From NCBI RefSeq assembly GCF_009914755.1, contig NC_060932.1: a stretch of DNA of 64,000 nucleotides; one strand, 5' to 3'. The position numbers and the translations under genes are program-made. Origin of the DNA: the human T2T-CHM13v2.0 reference genome, Homo sapiens. Of this stretch, positions 55,490 through 64,000 are shown piece by piece (within the stretch, counting starts at the first letter, position 1; each line of letters starts with the position of its first letter). A model generated the notes under the pieces. It was not told where the DNA came from and made no database searches. It was given only the letters and a program-made list of their open reading frames with translations.

Positions 55490-55972
55490 TGTATTGTGTT
55501 CTCATCCCAAAAATTACACTGTAGCCAACATCTGTGGTGCCTGTTCCACTGCTCCTTGACTCACCTTTGACTTCAGCTGTAGCTCTGGTGAATATCTCCA
55601 ACTCCCTTTGCACTGCCAGCACCCATCTCAAGAGTGTGCCTGGTTTCTTTACACATTCTAACCCCAGGGCCTTCCCCATTGCCAAGAGGGTTTGAGTGGT
55701 ATAGGAGCAAAGGCAGCCTGGGAGTACAGAGGAGTTGATGCTCCCCAAGAAAACTCAGCTTCCAATACTTTTGATTTATAGTTCTATATACTTTTTAGAG
55801 ATCACAGCAGAATCAAATTCCATTTTTTTCTTTCTTCTACCCTGGTCTTCCTCCTGATGTGTCTCACTCCCCACAACTACCTCATATTGTTTTATCTAAT
55901 TACTTTCCAAATAAACTATCTGCACACAAGTACTAGTCTCATGTTCTGATTTAGGAGAAGCCAAATTGGCGC
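55490..55972 (+). mobile_element. LTR16/LTR33-class ERVL LTR
   Basis: GGCAGCCTGGGAGTACAGAGGAGTTGATGCTCCC and AATAAACTATCTGCACACAAG...TCTCATGTTCTG. Confidence 0.5.
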
Positions 55973-56149
55973 CCATACTAAGCCATAAATCCTCCCTTTT
56001 TCTTTCCCAAAGTGTGTGTGTGTGTGTGTGTTTGCACAAAAGAAGCATACGCTTCTTAAAAGCTATCATAATATTTTGAAGCAGGACTTCCCTCAAGTTT
56101 TAGGGTATGAGAATCTGTCTTTAAAGGAGTAGGGAACATTTGTTTCTTC

Positions 56150-58116
<1,967 letters not shown>

Positions 58117-58594
58117 TTGCACTTGTTTCCTATTGCTGCTATAACAAATTGCCATAAATTTGACTTACAATAACATAAACTTATTATCTTACAGTTCTGG
58201 AGGTCAGAAGTCTGAAGTGAGTCTCAGCTAAAATTAAGGTGTTGACAGAGCTGCATTCTTTTCTGGAGGTCCTAGAAAAGAAATGGTTTTCTTGCATCTT
58301 CCAGCTTCCTTGTTCATGTCTTTTTCTATCTTCAATGGCTGATCAAGCCCTTCTCGTGACGTCTTCTCTCTGGTTCTGACGTTTCTGCCCCTCATCATCC
58401 CCATTTAAAGGTCTTGTGATTTATATTGGGCTCACCTGAGTTATCTAGGCTACTCTCCCTATTTTGAGGTTAGCTGGTTACCAACCTTAATTCAGTCTTC
58501 AAACTTAATTGATTCTTGCCTTGTAATGCAACAATCACAGGTTCTGGGGATTAGGATTTGGAAAGCTTTGGGGGTCACTATTCTACTTCCCATA
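58117..58594 (-). mobile_element. MLT1D-like LTR
   Basis: TTTCCTATTGCTGCTATAACAAATTGCC...TTACAGTTCTGGAGGTCAGAAGTC...GGTTCTGGGGATTAGGA. Confidence 0.75.
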
Positions 58595-58989
58595 AATATA
58601 AATTTCAAACTTCCCAGTTTTAATCCTTTTAAAAGACAATTCTCTGCTTAAATAAAAAATAATAACAAAATATTGCAGGAAACGCAAACAAAAAGTAACT
58701 TCATCTACTTGCAGAATTATTTAAATAAAACAAAAAAGGGAACTTTATAATGGTAAGGAGTACATTTCACAATGAAGATAACAGAGATATGAATATCTTT
58801 GCACCCAAAGCCATTCCTGAATACAAAAACAAGACTAGAACTCTTATAACAAATCTAGAAATTTAATAATAAAACAAGAAGGTAAAAGGCAATTCTTCTA
58901 AAAGTTAAAAACAAAAAGTTTTAAAACAAAACAATATCATCACTAACAAAAAACTTCTCTTTTAAATCTTGTGTCAAAAAAAGAAAAAA

Positions 58990-60950
<1,961 letters not shown>

Positions 60951-61229
60951 GCCTCTAGTTGATTATAGCACTGATGAATAAGGGTTTGAAGAGGGAAAGC
61001 ATCCAATCTAATGGCTATCTTCTTAGATAATGTATGTACTGCAACTGTTATAATTTCAGTAATTATATTGCTGTGGTATAATAGTTCTTCTGAAACTTTT
61101 ATGAGTGTAATGTTAGACAAAATAAATGAGTGATTATGGAATATTCTAATTCTATTATCTTCTCTGTCCTTGAGAATTAGGGTTTTCAGTTTGGGAGAAC
61201 AGAGATGAATAGATGTAATACTGAAAAGT

Positions 61230-62030
61230 TTTAGAGAAAAAAAAAGGAACACTGAATTGGAATTGGAATTGTCCTATAAATCCACAAGGTGTTGATGGGT
61301 TCTGTTTACTGGAAAGATGCCCTTAGTAGCAGTGAGCACTCCCAGCACCTACATGATGATTTTGAAATAGAATTTGTCACTGAAAGAAACCAGAGATGTT
61401 TCTAGGAATGGTTGGTTGCAGTTCTGGGGCAGGAAATTCACAAGATGAGCCTAGAACATTTCATTATTCTGGAAAGCAAGGAAGCTACCAAAGACTTCAG
61501 GATTGTGTCAAAAGGACCCAGGAGCCAATATGAAGAGACTCTCATTGGCCAAAAATAGAACAACTTCAGCTTTACAGAAGATAATAACTGCAGTTGATTG
61601 AAACCCATCAATCAACTATGTTTAAGTCCATGAATTATGATGATTTAAACAGGCTAATTGGTCACTCAGAGGAAGGCAGCAAACCAGGTAAAGTTGGTGA
61701 ATAAAGGGAAAGATCTGAGGACTTAGCCTGTCTTTCCTATATGACTGGCAGGTAGGAAAATAAAAACCTCTTTGTACAGGTAATAAATGATAAAGAAATG
61801 ATGAAATTAGATGATCACCATTTGAAGCCCCCAATGAATTAACGGATCTAGGTAAGGAGCATCAATGGCTGCCAGCACCAACAAAAGGAGAGAGAGACAA
61901 CCCGATGGAAGAACCCACCCTCACTTACACTTCCTGCCAAAGGGACAGAGCACAAGTCTGATCTGGCTGCCAATCTGGAGAAAACGCAAGGGTCAGAGAG
62001 GCAAGCCTGTGGATTAAAGAGTGTGAAAGA
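61230..62030 (+). mobile_element. L1MC-type 3' region
   Basis: TAGTAGCAGTGAGCACTCCCAGCACC, GTCAAAAGGACCCAGGAGCCAA, TAACGGATCTAGG. Confidence 0.65.
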
Positions 62031-62119
62031 CACTAAGGTTTTTTAAATGAGAAACACTAAGATCTCTAGACTGCATATGGGTGATAAACTGCGAAGATAT
62101 TCAAGGAGGTGAAAAACTC

Positions 62120-63980
62120 CAAATAAATTCTGAACACTGTCTAAAAATAAAAATAATAATAATAAATAATAATAATAAAAATATGCATCAAAGCAGCTAA
62201 AAGTGTTCACAGGAAAATGCATAGTCCACAGTACTTATACTAACAAGAAAGAATTTTTTGTAATGGATTAAGAATCCAAATCAAGAAATTATTTAATGAA
62301 AGTAAGAAAATTATTAAAGTTAAAATAATATGTTTTATAAAAACACATACATTTTTAAATTAATATACCAATCCAAAGGCTGAATGAGAAAACCAATAAG
62401 CTCAATTAACTGTTTAATAAGCTGATCCAAAAAAGTGAAAGGAGAAATCATAAATATGTAAACAAAATATGATAAAGGAAAATAACTACAAATATAGAAG
62501 AAATCAAAAAGTACCATATGCAATGACTTTCTCAACTTTATGTATATGTTAGGAAACCTTAATGAAATGAATAAATTTTCTAGCAGAATAAAATTTACTA
62601 AGCTAACTGTCTATAGAAGGAAAAAACAATCTAAATAAATCAATTACTATAGAAAAAATGGAGGAAGCTAATAAAGAGCTATTTTCCTTCAAAATCACCA
62701 GCCCTAGACAGCTGTATGAGGAGCCTCCATGTCTTCCTAAAAATAATAATAATGATCCTTCAGCTAAACTGTTCCAAACAGAAAAAAAGAAAGCTCCCAC
62801 TTTTTTATGCATCAAGCATAACATTGGTAAAATCCAACAAAGACTATACAACAAATCTATAAACCAATCTTACTTAATGATTATTGATGCAAATATCAAA
62901 TAAACATTAGTAAACAGACCCCAGTAGCTCATTAAAAAATACACTACATCTAGTAATGTATTCCAGCAATGTAAAGGTGGTTTAATAATGAGAAAAAAAT
63001 ATTGTGATCCAATATATTAATAGCTCTAAAGAAAACAATCTTGTGATTTTCTTCATAGATTTTGAAAAGGCATTTGGTAAAATTCAAAACCCATTCTTGA
63101 CCTTAAAAAATAATTGAAGAAAATTCTTAATTAAATAGAAGATATAAAAATGTTCTTAACATAATAAAAATCTCTCAACACATGAGCCAGAATAATGACT
63201 AATGGTAAAGCACAGGAAATATTGCCATTAAAATCTGAAAAAAGACAATGATTTCCACTATGACCACTAATATTTGACTTAATATTGTTTATTGGCATTA
63301 GTCAAAGCAATTTTGCCAGATAAAGAAATTAAAGGTATAAAAACTGGAAAAAAAGGAAGTAAAATTCTCACATTTTGCTGGTGACTGAGTGAAAATTAAT
63401 ATCTAACCAATAGATGTAATATAGTCAGAAATAAGGAAGATAAATTTACATTTACAGTAACAGCAAAAAGGAAAAGTACTAGAAAAAACAGCATGAAATG
63501 TGAAAGTTTTCTCTTTGAATAAATAGTTTAAATATTCCTGAGGGACATAAAGAAGACTTGAACAAATGACAAGTAATACCATGTTCTTGGAGGGGAAGAC
63601 TCAACATCATAAAAATGCCAGTTTCTGCTAGATTAATTTATAAATACAACATAATCCCAATAAAACTATCGACACATTTTTTTTTCTGGAACCAGACAAG
63701 GTGATTCCAAAGTTTATGCAGTGAAATAAACAAGCAAGAATAGACAGAAAAACTCTGAAAAAGAAAAGTAATAAGGATGTATTACAGAAGAAAAAAACAT
63801 TATTATAATAAAGTTTATATTATAGGATCAAGAATTAAAACAGTGTCATACTGGCACTTGAATAGATTACTGCACCACAATAGAAAGCAAAGAAATAAAT
63901 ACAAATCTATAGAGGAATTTAGTTTTTGCCAAAGAGGATATCTCAGTTTTGTAGGGAAAAATTAAGTAAATGGCCAGGGA
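62120..63980 (+). mobile_element. old L1M ORF2 remnant
   Basis: Degenerate ORF2 text: CATAGATTTTGAAAAGGCATTTGGTAAAATTCAA, CCATGTTCTTGGAGGGGAAGACTCAACAT, AAAACAGTGTCATACTGGC. Confidence 0.8.
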
Positions 63981-64000
63981 AGTCAGAGGTACCCATCTCT

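Overview
Primate (most likely human) repeat-rich intergenic or intronic DNA. There is no recognisable protein-coding gene, rRNA, tRNA or CRISPR array; nearly all listed ORFs are repeat-derived or chance frames. The window holds 8 Alu elements, a near-full-length decayed L1PA13-class LINE-1, a younger 5'-inverted L1PA4-class insertion, old L1M/L2/MIR fragments, several MaLR LTRs, two ERV-L remnants (HERV16/LTR16 and MLT2A1/HERV-L) and hAT DNA transposons. Items worth follow-up: a 35-nt U2 snRNA retrocopy with TSDs, two local 100-200 bp templated duplications, a duplication-inversion hairpin, a possible decayed Ty3/gypsy (sushi/PEG10-like) gag-protease relic, a consensus CTCF site, and candidate minus-strand exons that might be driven by the MLT2A1 LTR. 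I found no convincing new biological system. Repeat subfamily names are from memory of consensus sequences, and boundaries of old repeats are approximate.
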